Shown: piece after piece, positions 13,508 through 29,706 of the stretch
Layout of the letters: each line of letters begins with the position of its first letter
How positions within the stretch are numbered: the stretch's first letter is position 1
Source: Dimorphilus gyrociliatus
Taxonomy: Eukaryota; Animalia; Annelida
Assembly: GCA_904063045.1 (NCBI GenBank)
Contig: CAJFCJ010000001.1
Location: 1,984,001-2,048,000, forward strand
Reading direction: 5' to 3'
DNA: 64,000 bases
The notes under the pieces: generated by a model
Database searches by the model: none
Seen by the model: the letters and a program-made list of their open reading frames with translations, nothing else
Told to the model about the DNA's origin: nothing
Program-made: the position numbers and the translations under genes

Positions 13508-13814
13508 TTGCTTTCAATTATCGCTCTTTTTTTAAGTCTGTTACGTGTCCTAAACGCCAATGAGAGGTCTAGTTTAGTTGCTTCCAATACCTATATATAT
13601 CTACAATTATATAAGTATTTATGAAAGTTATAACGTCAATAAACAAAGTCTAGAAAATTTGTTAATGATATAGATGGTGTAAAATAGAACTAAACACCGG
13701 TATTGAGTTAACCAGTTTTCACAAATTCATGACGAAAACTTAGGATATAAAAGTTTAAAATTTATTTAATTGATCAATAATTTGGATATTTTCAAAATAT
13801 GTAATAGTTTTTTT

Positions 13815-16619
13815 TTACCACGAATTAAACCATTCTTTTACAATACGATTTCGTTCAGTGGTATCTTTTACATTTAATACATTTTCAATTTTTTTTTCGG
13901 TTTGCTTTACAGGTCTTTTTCTTTCCTGTGAACAAAAGTTGTAGAAAAATTTTAAATCTTAATGCTAAACTCGCCTGGTCTCCATTACCACTATTCTTAC
14001 AGCTTAAAAGCTGAGATAGTGAGTCGTTGTTTGTTCTTTTTCGTGACATAAGAAACTTTCGGCCAGTTGAAGGAGGTATTTGAAAAGGCTTTAGGGATTG
14101 ATTAGGTGTTTCTGTAACTATTGCAGATTTTTTTTGCGGTGTTACGGATCCTGGTGAAATGGCGGTTGGTTCAATGATGGATGGGAATGAATCATCAGAA
14201 TCTGAAATATGAGTAACATTCCTTTCTCCACAAATACCTGCTCTTGATTCGTCAATATTTTTCTCTGAACAAACTTTTTTGGGGGACTCTATTCGAGAAA
14301 CAACATTTTCTTCCTCTTCGGAGGTTTCTTTATTATCCTTACTTTCGGTTGCTCTCATACTTGTCTCGTTTACTTCTAAGGTCTGTTTTTCACTCACCGA
14401 ACTATTCTTTTCTTGACTAGTCGAACCATCTGATGAGTCAGTAGTATCTGTTTCATCATCTTCATTAATTTCTTGTGGTGTTTTCCGAGACTCTTGACTA
14501 CCATCGTCTGTTATACAGGAGAAATGCTCTTGAGCATCGAAAAATATATCCCCTTGGGAATCTGTTCCTCCTTGGCTTGCCATTTCTTTCGATGGTGCTT
14601 TTTTAGTAGACTTTTGAGTTGATTCGTCTTCAGTTATACAGCTCATTTGTGTAAGTTGATTTTCTTTCTCTGTATATATTTCGGCTGGTGTATAAAATTC
14701 AGAATCTTCAACTGTTTTCGGGGAATGAGTCGGTTTCTTTATTAAAACCCTAGGCTCATCAAAGTCATCGTCAGTCAAATATTTAACAAGTTCGGAAGAT
14801 AGAGTCTTTGACGAATTTACAACGTTTTTAGATTTGTTCACTGACTCGAAGGATTCAGAGTCCTGAGTAATTTTACTCTCAGAGTTGTTAATTTCATCAG
14901 AATTTTGAGCTGAATCGCATGTTCCCCGTTGTCCGTGATCTTGACTTGACTCGTATTCTGATTGAGTATTCTTTGAACTTTTTCCGGAATTATCTACGCT
15001 TATGGCTTCGTTGTCATGACTATCTGTTTTATCTTCAATACTTTGAGTTTGTCTACCTTCAATGGAGCGATTTATGTCTTTATTAAAAGTTGATAAATCA
15101 TTACCATTCTTGTTAGCTTGCTTCATCTTTTCAAGTCGATCATTTTCTTCTTGTTCCACATGTTTCCATTGAGTAGAATGAATAGCACTGTCTGACTCCT
15201 CAATCACTCTGACAGGATTATTTGGGGCTGTTTGAAAATTATCATCTGACACTGATAGGCTATTAAGCCGACGACGCTCTTCTTCATATATCTCTTTATG
15301 TTTTTCCTTGCAGCTTTTACTGGATTCTTCTATCAGCTTATCATGATTTCCACAATCTGTAAAATTTTAGTAAAAAACATTTAAAGGATATCAATTGAAA
15401 ACTTGTAATTGAATGATAACCTTTATTTTCAGCCTGACTATCGGCTGCAATTGGAGACATATTCAATGTTAAAGGGTATGGTTGTGTGAATGCTTGAGTA
15501 GAAGTGTGAGGTTGAGAGGAGTTTACTGGTTCCACATCAACAATTATCTCTATATTTTCCCCCGATTTATCTTCTTCATTTTGAGTTGTAACATCTTGGC
15601 TTAGTCTTATTCTTTTATAATTTGGTGATTTCAATTGCGATGTACTCAGACGTTTGGAGGGAGATGTATTATATTCGTAGTCTTGAGATTTTGACTGATC
15701 AAGCGCACCAACAAGATTTGACAATGATTTCATTGATGTATCAACATAAGTCACAGATTGTGAAGGATTTTCACTGCATCTTCTATTACTTACGAAAACC
15801 CGGTATTTTTCATTCGTCCTCATAAATTCTTTCACACGCTCTCTTGTATCCCCAGTTAATCCAAGGCATTGGAGGCTAATTGTGTTCTGTGGTGAAGATT
15901 CTCCATATTGTTTAAGTTTTGCAATTCTACGATGTATTTCAAATTCTTCCATTTTTTTCTTACATACTTGAGATCTATTAAATTGCTTTCATTTTATAAT
16001 ATTAACTAAATTAAATAAGAGCTACCCACATATAAACAGCATTATCGCACGTAATCATTTCACATGTCTCATCAGCAAACCACCTGATCTTTTGTAGCTC
16101 AAGAACGAAATGATTTCTCAGATAACCCATCGTTTTTATCTGGTTGAACAAAGTGAAATAAATCTCCATAAAGTATTATTATTTCAAAACACACCTTTTC
16201 TGATCCAGGTTGAAGTATCTTTAATTTTCTAATTTGAATTGTCATGTTATTCTTTAAACAATATCTATCCTCAATGTCTGCGGTATCATCCGGCTTTGGA
16301 TCTAGGCTAAATAAATTCATTATTTAAAATAAAGTATAACAAATTTCAAAAACTTACAAAATATCCGCTGATTCTATATCTTGCACAGATATTATAGCTT
16401 CAATTATTGTATATCCATCACTTATCTCCATAATTACATTTTTGTCTACACATTGAAACTGAGTGGATAAAAATTTCTTTCTTTTAGCTAGTAATTTTAA
16501 AATTCATATGTTCTTACTCGCAATACTCGTGCTAGGTCGCCAGATGCATGATCGTCTTCTTTTGAAAAATCGATCTGGTCTATTAATTTGCTGATCCAAT
16601 TTTTGACTTTGACCCGCAT
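13815..16619 (-). CDS. Protein with N-terminal TPP1/Est3-like OB fold and a long disordered S/T/E/K-rich tail (putative telomere protein TPP1/ACD-like)
   Basis: Spliced N-terminus MRVKVKNWISKLID...ARVLR/FQCVDKNVIMEISDGYTIIEAIISVQDIE...NHFVLELQKIRWF resembles the TPP1 OB pattern (PWIxxL; SDGxxxIxAxL; FxLxV). Large exons are ORFs 15341-15952 and 13885-15252. Last exon follows a GC-AG intron and ends ...RIVKEWFNSW* at 13815. Confidence 0.65.
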
Positions 16620-16947
16620 CTTTATAAGACCTCTAAAAGAATATAAAAGTAATTATTACCAAAAAAATATAGAATGAAATATCGCCATGATTTTAGCCAA
16701 TGAAGAATCAGTTTACATAAAAAAACCGGAAACGGAAATATATTTTACGAAACTTTTCGAACGAACAAATTTAGTGGAATAATAAAGTTTTATTTACAAT
16801 CGTGTTATTCCTATTTATTCGCTATTGTACCTAAGATAACTAAAGCAATCAAACGAATTTTTATTATCGACGAGTGAAGACAATTACAAAGAATTTTAAT
16901 TTTCAAGTTTTTGTTTGAATTATTCACATTTTTCGGTTATTACTCCA

Positions 16948-19299
16948 TTATCGCTTTTTCTTCTTTTTATTCTTGATCAATTCGGCAACCTTATATACTT
17001 TAAATGGATCCAATTTTTGTTTCTGAAACGAACTCAACTAATTGAAACCAAAATATAGCTAAGTACAAGTTATACCTTTGACGAAACCTTGCCAGAATTT
17101 GATTTATTATCTTTTTTTCTTTTTCGATTTCCTTTTTGAAAGTTTCGTAATGTTGGTGGCACTAAAAATGATAACATCTATAGTACAGACTCTATAATAA
17201 GATAAAGAATTACCTATATAATCTGGAACATTTTTCATGTGCTGCTGACTCTTTACGGTATGTAAGGCTTTGTCGTGTCTCAACAATTGTAAATCTCTTG
17301 GATTATCTTCAAAATATGCCTGTTGAAATATAAGACAAATGTATTAGAACGAAAGATCTTATTTAGTTGTCATCTACCTTCAATTTTTCAGAATTCAACA
17401 ATTCGTTTTTAATTTCTTTCAATCTGGCTTCTCGTATAGCCACTTTTGTTACAGATCTCATTGCGTCCTAAAAGAGTTATTAAACTTTATAATAACTATG
17501 AAATGAATGCTAAAGTTACAATTATTAACCCTTGCTCTATAACGGAAACCTTCAATTTCTTTCATTTTGAATTGATAAGGCTTGAACACACTTTCGCCAT
17601 CAGCTGCAACAAACGATAATGTTATATCATCATATTCATTCTGATATATCAAAAGAATAAACTAACGATGAGTTTCCTTTAAAGTCTCTTCAACTTTTTC
17701 TAATAGTTCATTCTCTTTAACGCTTACAAATGATAAAGCAGTTCCTTGATTTTCAACTCTAGCTGTTCGCCCCACTCGATGCACGTAAGATTCCACATTT
17801 ACCGGAAAGTCAAAATTTATGACATTCGACACAAATTGAAAGTCGATACCCCGGGACACTCCACTTTCCTTATCACGTTTTCGTTTAGTTTTTTGAGCCG
17901 CTGGATCAAAAAGTGCATTTTCATCCGCAGCAATAATATAGTCATATAGACCTTCATTAAACTGATTAACAATATGAGTTCTATATTTAAAAATAAAAAA
18001 TTCTCCTATAAGTTGCTTTTAAACAATTAGTTATCCGTTTTATACCTAGAATTTACAGGTAATTCAGAATTCAGAACACAGCATATTATTCCAAATTGTT
18101 CCAAAAATAATTTCAATCTGAAAAATGTAAGTGTTGAAATGTCAAATTCTATTAATTTAACTAGTAAATTTAATAGATTATATATACCTGTAACATCGAA
18201 ATACAGAATTAACAAAAATAATCGTTTTTCCTCTCACTAATCCTAGCTTTAACAAAGAGTATATAAGAACAAATTTGTCTTCCTCTTCACACTTTATATG
18301 ATATTGTGTTAATTGCGATGAAGACGGTAATTGCGATTCTTCTAATTTAAGTATAACAGGATTTGATAGAATTAGTTTTTTCAACGACTTTACTTCATCA
18401 CTAAGTGTTGCTGACATAAGAAATGCTTGAAAAATTTGAGGTAGGAAGCTGTAATAAAATGAATTACATTTAATATTAAACGTATTAAGAAAATTACCTC
18501 AATAAAGATTTCATGTCAGATTCAAAACCAAAGGAAAATACTAGATCAGCTTCATCAACAACTAAATATTCTAGCGAACTTTTTAGAGTTATATTTTTCG
18601 CCTGTTATAATATTTTTTGATAAATTTGGGTTCAAAAATAATTAGTTATTTATATCTTACTTGTAGATGAGCAAGAATTCTACTCGGTGTCGAAACGATA
18701 ATATCCGGTTTCTCTTTCAACAATGGTCTTTGAAAAATAATTAAATATCTTAGTATGGGATAATTAAGAAGCTATCACTATAAATTAATACTTTTGTTGA
18801 TCCAAGGGAATTCGGGTAGATATGTCAAGACATCTTACGCTTCTGGAGCAACATCGACAAAGATCTTGGATATTTTTGAAAGCTTGATTGCATAATTCAC
18901 GGCTTGGAGTTATAATTAAAGCTCTGACGCTTTGTTCGCTAGCTGACTGTTTCGATTTATATAAAGGATAGAAAGTTGAATTTATACGATTGCCTCGGTC
19001 ATACCTTTTTATTATCCAAAATTTTTTGAATGACAGGTATGGCATAACCCCCAGTTTTACCTGAACCAGTTCTAGCTCTCGCCAAAATATCTTTACCATC
19101 TAAAGCTAAAGGAATAGCTTTTTCTTGAATTAAGGTGGGCTTAGACCATCCTAACAAAGCTATGGCCTGAAGATGCAGACACGAGTGTTTAAATGCGTAT
19201 ATTATCGCTCTCTTAAATATAACTTACTTTCAAGATACGATCGTCCAGACCCATTTCGTCAAAATCAACGATTTCATCATTACAATCGTCATCCGCCAT
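16948..19299 (-). CDS. DDX56: DEAD-box RNA helicase DDX56/Dbp9
   Basis: [24 protein letters not shown]; [29 protein letters not shown]; VVDEAD; [32 protein letters not shown]; [28 protein letters not shown]; IEGFRYRA; Lys-rich C-terminus. Confidence 0.93.
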
Positions 19300-19639
19300 T
19301 ATTTCAAGATAAAATGATATTATTATCCGATCGTTTTAGAAATGAAAATACGCATGCACATCTATTCCAATAGAGAAATGTGCGTTTTACGATATTAAGT
19401 TAATGATAGAGAAACGATTAATTTTGAAATCGATTTGCTATAAATTTATAAGAAAATCGAGTAAGTTTTTCAAATCGATTATTTTTCGATTCCGGAAATG
19501 ATCATTTAGCAATCGCAAGTGCTTGATAATATTTAAAAGTTATATTATAGACATTTGTTAACTAAACCCTTTATAAACTCCCCTTTTTAACAGTAAAAAA
19601 TTTTAGAACAGTCACTAGTAATGAAATATAAAAATGAAA

Positions 19640-22072
19640 CTATTGAAAAACAAGATAATAAATAACAATTCCAGATAATTTAGAAAGGAGAAAATTAAGA
19701 AAATTGAATGGTACGCTGTTAATTCCTCCATTCCCGAAAGCGCAATCACCTGGTACGTTGAATCCCCAGAACTTTCTTAACCCACCAAGAATATTTCCCA
19801 CTGAATGAAGAAAGATAAAAGTAATTAAAATACAATTTAAAAAAAGCACTTATTTTGTTAATTTGCACATTTTGTTCTAGATTCTTGAAGTTTATTCATT
19901 CTAGCTGCTTCCATTAACCCCACTTCATCTACGACGTCACCCTCATACTTAATATCTCTAACACATATACTCTTTGTATCGTGCTCATTTTTTCTTTTAT
20001 ATCCTTTCATACACGCACAACTAAATAAGAGCAATTGCTTATGACAAATTATATTCTTTATCTTATTATTTACATATACAGACAAATAACTTCCAAGAGT
20101 ATTTACACATCTTTCAGCATTTTCCATATCGCACGAATGTAAACCTTCATAGCACTCATCAAAATCTGCATTATAGATGTATATAGTATCTAAAACAATA
20201 TTAAATTACAAGTTTAATTAAAAAAGAAACCTACCAACGCATAATTTCAATTCGGAATTAAATACGTATCCTTTGTGAAATGCTTCACAATCGCAGCTAA
20301 CATTTATTTTATTTCTAATTAAATCCTTAATAGAACAAGAAATAGAAAGCAGTTGAAGAAAAACCTTAAATGATTATTTTGTGTAGTTTGTCATATTCAC
20401 CTCAAAATTAACATTGTTGAGCATGTCTGCATGACATTTTTTATTACCGTATTCTAAACACCAGGCACTTTTATTTGTATATGGCAAATCAGTTCGTCTC
20501 TATGGAAATAGAATTAGGACAGAGAGATAGTAAATATACAGAATGTTGAGTGAATTTTCCTGTTCTATATACCCTTAAATAATATTCGCTATTCGAAGTT
20601 CGTCGAGGCGGATAAAAGCATTCGTTATCAGTAGCATCGGGCAGTTGTACAAAGGGACAGCAGGGGTCTGCAATTTTATTCGAATTTCCGATATATATAT
20701 ACATATATACATATATATGTTTTGTATATTGACCTGGACAGAAACTAAACATTGCACAAGAGAAATTCTGATCTTGATAGGTTCTTGTAGGTGAATATTT
20801 CTTCTTACCATGCAAGCCTTCAGCCTCATAAGTACAAGAGTCCCAATAGTCATTCATCAAAATATTATCCTTTCGCATGGTCCACCAACACATAAAGTAT
20901 TGCGCTGTTTGCTATACAAACTAAGAGAATTAATGCCAAAAAATATAAATGTTGTTGTAAACTATTACTCGATACATGTATAGTTCATCGTGATCGGTAA
21001 AAGGAAAGTCGTACAAGTTAGATCTTAATACATTCTGCATCATTCTATCCTGATGATGGCTGACAACTCTACGAGTATAAATATCTTTAAGAACATTGGA
21101 AATAATACTGGATGTACCCTCTGTCCACTTTTTAGCCTAAGAAAATTTATAAACAATTTTAAAACCTTAATTATAGAAAATTAGAAAATAATAAAAAAAA
21201 TAATGCACTTACATGGTAGGCCAAAGCTAGTATACACGTAAATGCACTGTGAGTGCATTGTCTAGCTAAGTAAGGATGTAAATATTTCAAGTATGGTTTC
21301 GGAAATCTTTGCATAAATGTCTTTTGTATTTTAGCATTTAATTAATCGATTTTTTACAATTTCATTAAATTATTACAAACTGTTTTAGGTTTCGGTGGAT
21401 GTTTTGATCTAACAATTTTCAATAATAATCTAATTAAACCAAAAGAATACGTTCTCTGGTCAGTTCCAAAGTATTTGTGCATCCAGATAAAATATCCAAT
21501 GTCCTATTTGAAATCTAAGGCAATGATGGAACTACTTAAAGTTAAAAATATTTTCAATTTTATACTGTTAAGACTTTTTTTATTTCTTTCTTCTTAGTAT
21601 TGGCATTATCGCTTTCCTTAGCGTACTTTAGTTTATCATAAATATCTGTGGTATATATATAAATAACTCATTAATTACTATTTTTCTATTATATACATAT
21701 ATATATATATATGGAAAATTGCTTTAACCTGGATATATCGGAGACGGAGGCGGTATACCACTCATACGTTGTAGAAGAATATCCACGAATTTAGAATAAC
21801 CTAAATCTATTCTAAAAATAATTTCAAGCCTATATTAGGTAGGAAGCAGAGAAAGATTTAATAAATCTACTAAACAAGTATTTCTCGGGATATTTTGCGG
21901 CTAATTTAGTAAGTTGAAGAAATTTTATAGCTAATACTTCTAAAAAACTTCGATCTTCCATCTTTATAGGGTTTTTAGTTGCATATAATCGATCAGTAGT
22001 TTGACTTTGTATTCTAGTAATTAAACAAACAATTAAAAATACATTAATCAGAAAAAACCACGAATAATTCAT
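19640..22072 (-). CDS. Secreted or membrane-associated protein with an uncharacterised Cys-rich region, EGF-like and calcium-binding EGF domains
   Basis: Signal peptide MNYSWFFLINVFLIVCLITRIQS at 22072. Phase-consistent exons give ...QTAQYFMCWWT...FSCAMFSFCP...DPCCP..., then CDCEAFHKGYVFNSELKLC, then cbEGF [35 protein letters not shown], and a hydrophobic C-terminus. Some exon joins are uncertain. Confidence 0.7.
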
Positions 22073-23436
22073 TTTATGGAGAAATTATAAATTTTAAATA
22101 AGAGCTTAACGTATAAACTGTAAATTTAATTTAATTCTTAGAAAAATTTATTCCCAAAAGATGGCGTTTCTGTTTAATATTTTTGCAATTACGTAACGTT
22201 TTATTAATTAAAGATAAGGAAAAAATTATCTTTTTTATTTACAGCTTTTTAAGTTATGCAATATATCTGTTTAATTAATGTTTTTATTCCACTTAGAGGT
22301 ATATTTGGGTTGTTAGGATTACGTAATATTTAATATGATTAGATAAAAGGAATTATGAATGTAATAATCTGTTTTAATGAAACTTTGATGTATTCATTCC
22401 CAGTATCAATTGTAAAGAACAAATAATTGTTCCTCTTTCTCTATGTGATCGCAATATTCAGTGATGCAATCTACTACGAACAAATGACTAGAAATTATAC
22501 TCCAAAGCTAATAATCACTTCATTTCATAAGAGCTTTCAGTTGATAATATTTTATGACTTCCTTGGTATTTTCTTGTTTCCTTTGCTTTTCTTTTCTACT
22601 AAAGTCTTTGAATTGCTGTAAAAATATTTAAATAAACGATTTTCCAGTAAATCTACGGTTTCATTATAAAATTCAGTAGAAAGTGTATCTCAAAATTTAT
22701 TTTGGCCATAGAAAGATAAGCCAAACGAAGCCGTATAACACAGGGGATCATGTCCGTAAAAAATGGCAAACTGTTTACCAAGCGACTTTAAAGCTTTCCT
22801 TGTAAATTTTCTTCTAAGGTCTAAAGTAAACCGAGAAATATTATACCTAATTAATTACGTGGTACATAATTAGTCTATTTTACAGTTTGATATTTGAATG
22901 AATGTTTAGCAAAGTCAAAACAGTATCTTTCGCAATTTTGTCTTATATACTGACCGAATTGAAATAGATGTTTGTAAATCTCTTTATATTTCATTAATAT
23001 TTGCAATATTTATCATACTTCTTATTAATGAAAAATGAGAGGTTGTTTTTTGTCCTTTGCTTTAGTAATAGACTATAATAGATGAGCCACCGCTATTAGA
23101 TAGTAAATATATAAAATATCATATCCTTCAAAGAACAAAATCTAGTTCTTTGTAAATTTGCTGTTGTAGTTTCAGTAGAAGATAATAACTTTGAGATGGT
23201 TCTTTAATTATAGAACCGTTTAATTCTGAATAAGATAACTCAGAAAAATAATGTTCATTGTGTCTATTTCCTTTTATTATTAAAATTAATTGAAATTTCA
23301 TCAGTCAAAGAATCAGAATATGATAAAGATTGCATAGAATTGGAATTTTAAGGATACTTGTTCTGAATTTAACAGTATAAGAGATAGACTTACTAAAAAA
23401 TATAATTTTTTAAAGACATGTTAGAACTCTGGTGCA

Positions 23437-26464
<3,028 letters not shown>

Positions 26465-28146
26465 TTATTTACTAAAATCTAAAAAGTAGAAAGCATATTG
26501 TAATGATCTGTAATTGAATACTACAATATATTACAGGGCATTTATCGATAAATCTACGATATTTATATGTTACACTTGTTACATCGTGTAAGGCCAATTA
26601 AAAACCTCTGGCAGTCTTTTTATTAATGCTATTTTTCATCGACAGGTAATAAATTATTTTATACTACTCTATTAATTTTCCTTTTAAAAATATCTTTTTT
26701 TTGCAATATAGGTTAAATTAGATCAAAGTCGGTGCAGATGTTAAAACTTGCGTCAATAAACCTCAAAATCAGCCAGAGCAGAGTTACGTCATATGTAATT
26801 TCAATTAAGAATTTATCAGATCTATCTTTTTTCGAAAGAATGTAATAATTAGAAATAGATAATCTTTCTGCAATACAATCGTCATAACTTGATTCAGGAA
26901 ACTATTGTTGTTAAATATCAGAATTAAGATCCTATACGAGTAATATACAATTGACAGTCTATATTCATAAATCAAAGAGATGGTAAGGGCATGAAATGTT
27001 TTTAAATGACTTCTCAGTACACAGAGAGACTAGACAAAAAAGGTTTACTTTATTTTTATACTCATCTACTCAATACTAGGAGTAGTTGCCAAAAGAAAAG
27101 TTGTATAATTGTGATATAACTTGTCTTTAATATGTCTTTTTTCCTAGAATCCTAAAAATAGTCTGTCGTCTCCTAAGAGTCAGATGCAGTGTAACCTTGA
27201 AATTTTACTAAACCTTCTTAGATAGCTCTTTAAATATCAATAAATACACAATATTTTATTAATCTATACGTATAAAATCTTGAAAGATGACCTTGCACGA
27301 ATATATAGTTAGCCTGAGAGTAACAGTGGCCTTTTTATATAAATAATCTATGAAATCAACTCAGCATACAAATTTATACCTTCCTATCTTTATTATCTGA
27401 ATAAGTTTGATATACAGTGCATACTAGTAGAAATAAATAGTACATATTATAATTATTAATTCTCTAAGTAGTACCCGTAATACCGAAAGTCCTTTATCTT
27501 GGTAACTTTATGGATTATATTATCCAAAATATGAATCTTTTATTATATAAAAACAACACTTAACATATTAGTTCAACCATCAGACTAAATTTAAAAATAT
27601 AGTAGTCAATATTTTGATTAAGAACATGTTTACGTTTAGTAATTGTTTACGAGTCGAATGTGTTTTTCTCTTATGTGATATATATCTTAACTTCAATAAC
27701 AACTATTTGCCTAAAATCGAGGAGAATATCTTCGCTCTAGATTTCTTTCAACTTTCCAAATGAAAGTATAAATATAATAACCCTTTTATTGTATAAAAGT
27801 TTACGCTTGAATCCCTAGTTTGACAAGTATTAAGAAATCAAATATTTCACATTCAAACAATAATATTATTGGGATACAAAGAAAATAAATTACGTTCTTT
27901 AATGAATGAACAAGCGTGTGAAGTGTGTTTGTATTTCTTTTTAAAATATTCTATTATTTTGTGTTTTAAAAAAAATGTTCTTTTTTTTGCTCACCTTAAA
28001 GGGAATAGAATGTTAAAAGAAAAGCCGCTGTCTTTGAAGAGTAGAAACGTTCAGTGATCTTAAAAAACTGACGTTGAATAAAACTTTGAATTCGTATTCG
28101 TATTGAAAAGTTGATTTTGAAGTGTTCATTCAAAGTTCTTTTAACT

Positions 28147-28156
28147 GTGACGTCAC
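28147..28156. promoter_or_regulatory. Palindromic CRE/ATF-type element GTGACGTCAC in the likely NT5C2 upstream promoter / non-coding exon region
   Basis: Perfect palindrome in a locally GC-richer patch. A minus-strand GTGAGC donor near 27990-27996 lies downstream; the first coding exon of NT5C2 is preceded by an acceptor near 26475. Confidence 0.35.
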
Positions 28157-29706
28157 TTTTTACTTGATTTTTTTTTTTTAAAGCTTTGTATTCATACGCG
28201 CAAATGGTTCTAAGTAGGTGGCGTTTTCGCCCGCTTCGTGGAGCCATCTGTATTGGCCTATTTAATTTAATATATTAAACTATAAGGCCATTTGAATAAA
28301 ATTTCTAATATAGTACACCTCACACTATTCATATATCCACCTTGAACGTGTCCTTGTTATTTTTATCAATACACTGTAAGAAATACCATTTTTTTCTTCG
28401 TGTACTCCCTTTTTGTAATAAATACTGTCGTGCAGTAATATATTAGTTTACATTCTTAAGATTAAACCACTTTTTATTTTAAATATTATATTTTATTAAT
28501 GATAAGTCATATGAAGAAATATTCTGAACTAGCGGTACTTTATTATATGATTAGTAAATGAATTAAGTCCATCATAAAGTATTAATTATAATTTTAAATT
28601 GTTATTTTTCGTATAGAGGATAATACCCGCGTAAAATGAGATAAAAAGGCATATATGTATCTCAATTATCTCCCGCTTTTTAATCATTTTTTCAATTTTG
28701 TAAGATTTATAGGCCTTCAAAAAAAACTACAACAGCTGTTGTATATTCTTTTTAACGTTATTCCAAAAAAAAGGTAAATAATCATAATAACTGGAAGAGA
28801 GAATTTGACATCTAGCACAATTATAACTCAGCTATAATTATGATTCTTTACCTTTCACCTAGATGTTATCCATCTTTTATCATTTATTACGCCCATTCGA
28901 AAGAATAAGTGTCTGTAACAAGAATAACATTCTTAAATATTATAAAGTTGACCTTCGTAAAATTATCGTATTTCCAGAATGTTTTATTAAACAATACTTT
29001 TAAATAATAGTTTATTAAAAATATGAAAACGTTATTTTTCTTTATTCGATGAATACGGTGAAAAAGACTCTATTATTTGATATTCGGTATCGTAAATAAT
29101 ATAATTATACATATGAAAAAATTAATGCACCTTTCTAAGAGGTACTGTCGTTATATTACTTTCTATAGAAAATATGTATTTTTTATTAGTTAACTGGAAA
29201 AAGAAATATTAAAATGAAGCAATAAATCATAATGTCTAAAGTAACTAGATCATTCATATTATATGAACGGGTATTAACTACTGGTTATCAGCTGCCTGTT
29301 TGCTGAGCATAACTTGATAAAAGATTTATAATGACAGGACTGAAAAACAACAAACGAACAAACCATTAATTAAGATAAATTTAAATATTTAAAAAAATTA
29401 AAAATTAATTATCTCTCTAATTCATTGTTGAATGTTTTTTTTCAAGAATAAATTAAATTATCGAGATTATAAACGGCACACGAGAGTGTAGAAAAGTATT
29501 AAGTTCAACAACCGAATTTTAGTACCAGTACGTTTTTAGGTCCGTATTTTAGCCTTCCCATCTTTGAAAGTCATAAATATTCATGAGGCCGTTGGCCAAT
29601 TAGCGATCCTAAACCATTTCGATAGATATTTCATTGACCTTCACCCTAATAACTAAACAACGACGTCGAAAGTGTTTATCGACTTATTCAGAAGATTCAA
29701 ATAGTC

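Noticed and set aside
26710-26935. About 75-codon stop-free minus-strand stretch (ILILIFNNNSFLNQSY...)
   Set aside because: No start, no convincing donor, and AT-rich composition; likely chance within the NT5C2 first intron.
27996-28247. 83-aa minus-strand ORF MAPRSGRKRH...
   Set aside because: No recognisable domain, and it stops just before a splice donor; better read as NT5C2 5' UTR/promoter (possible uORF).
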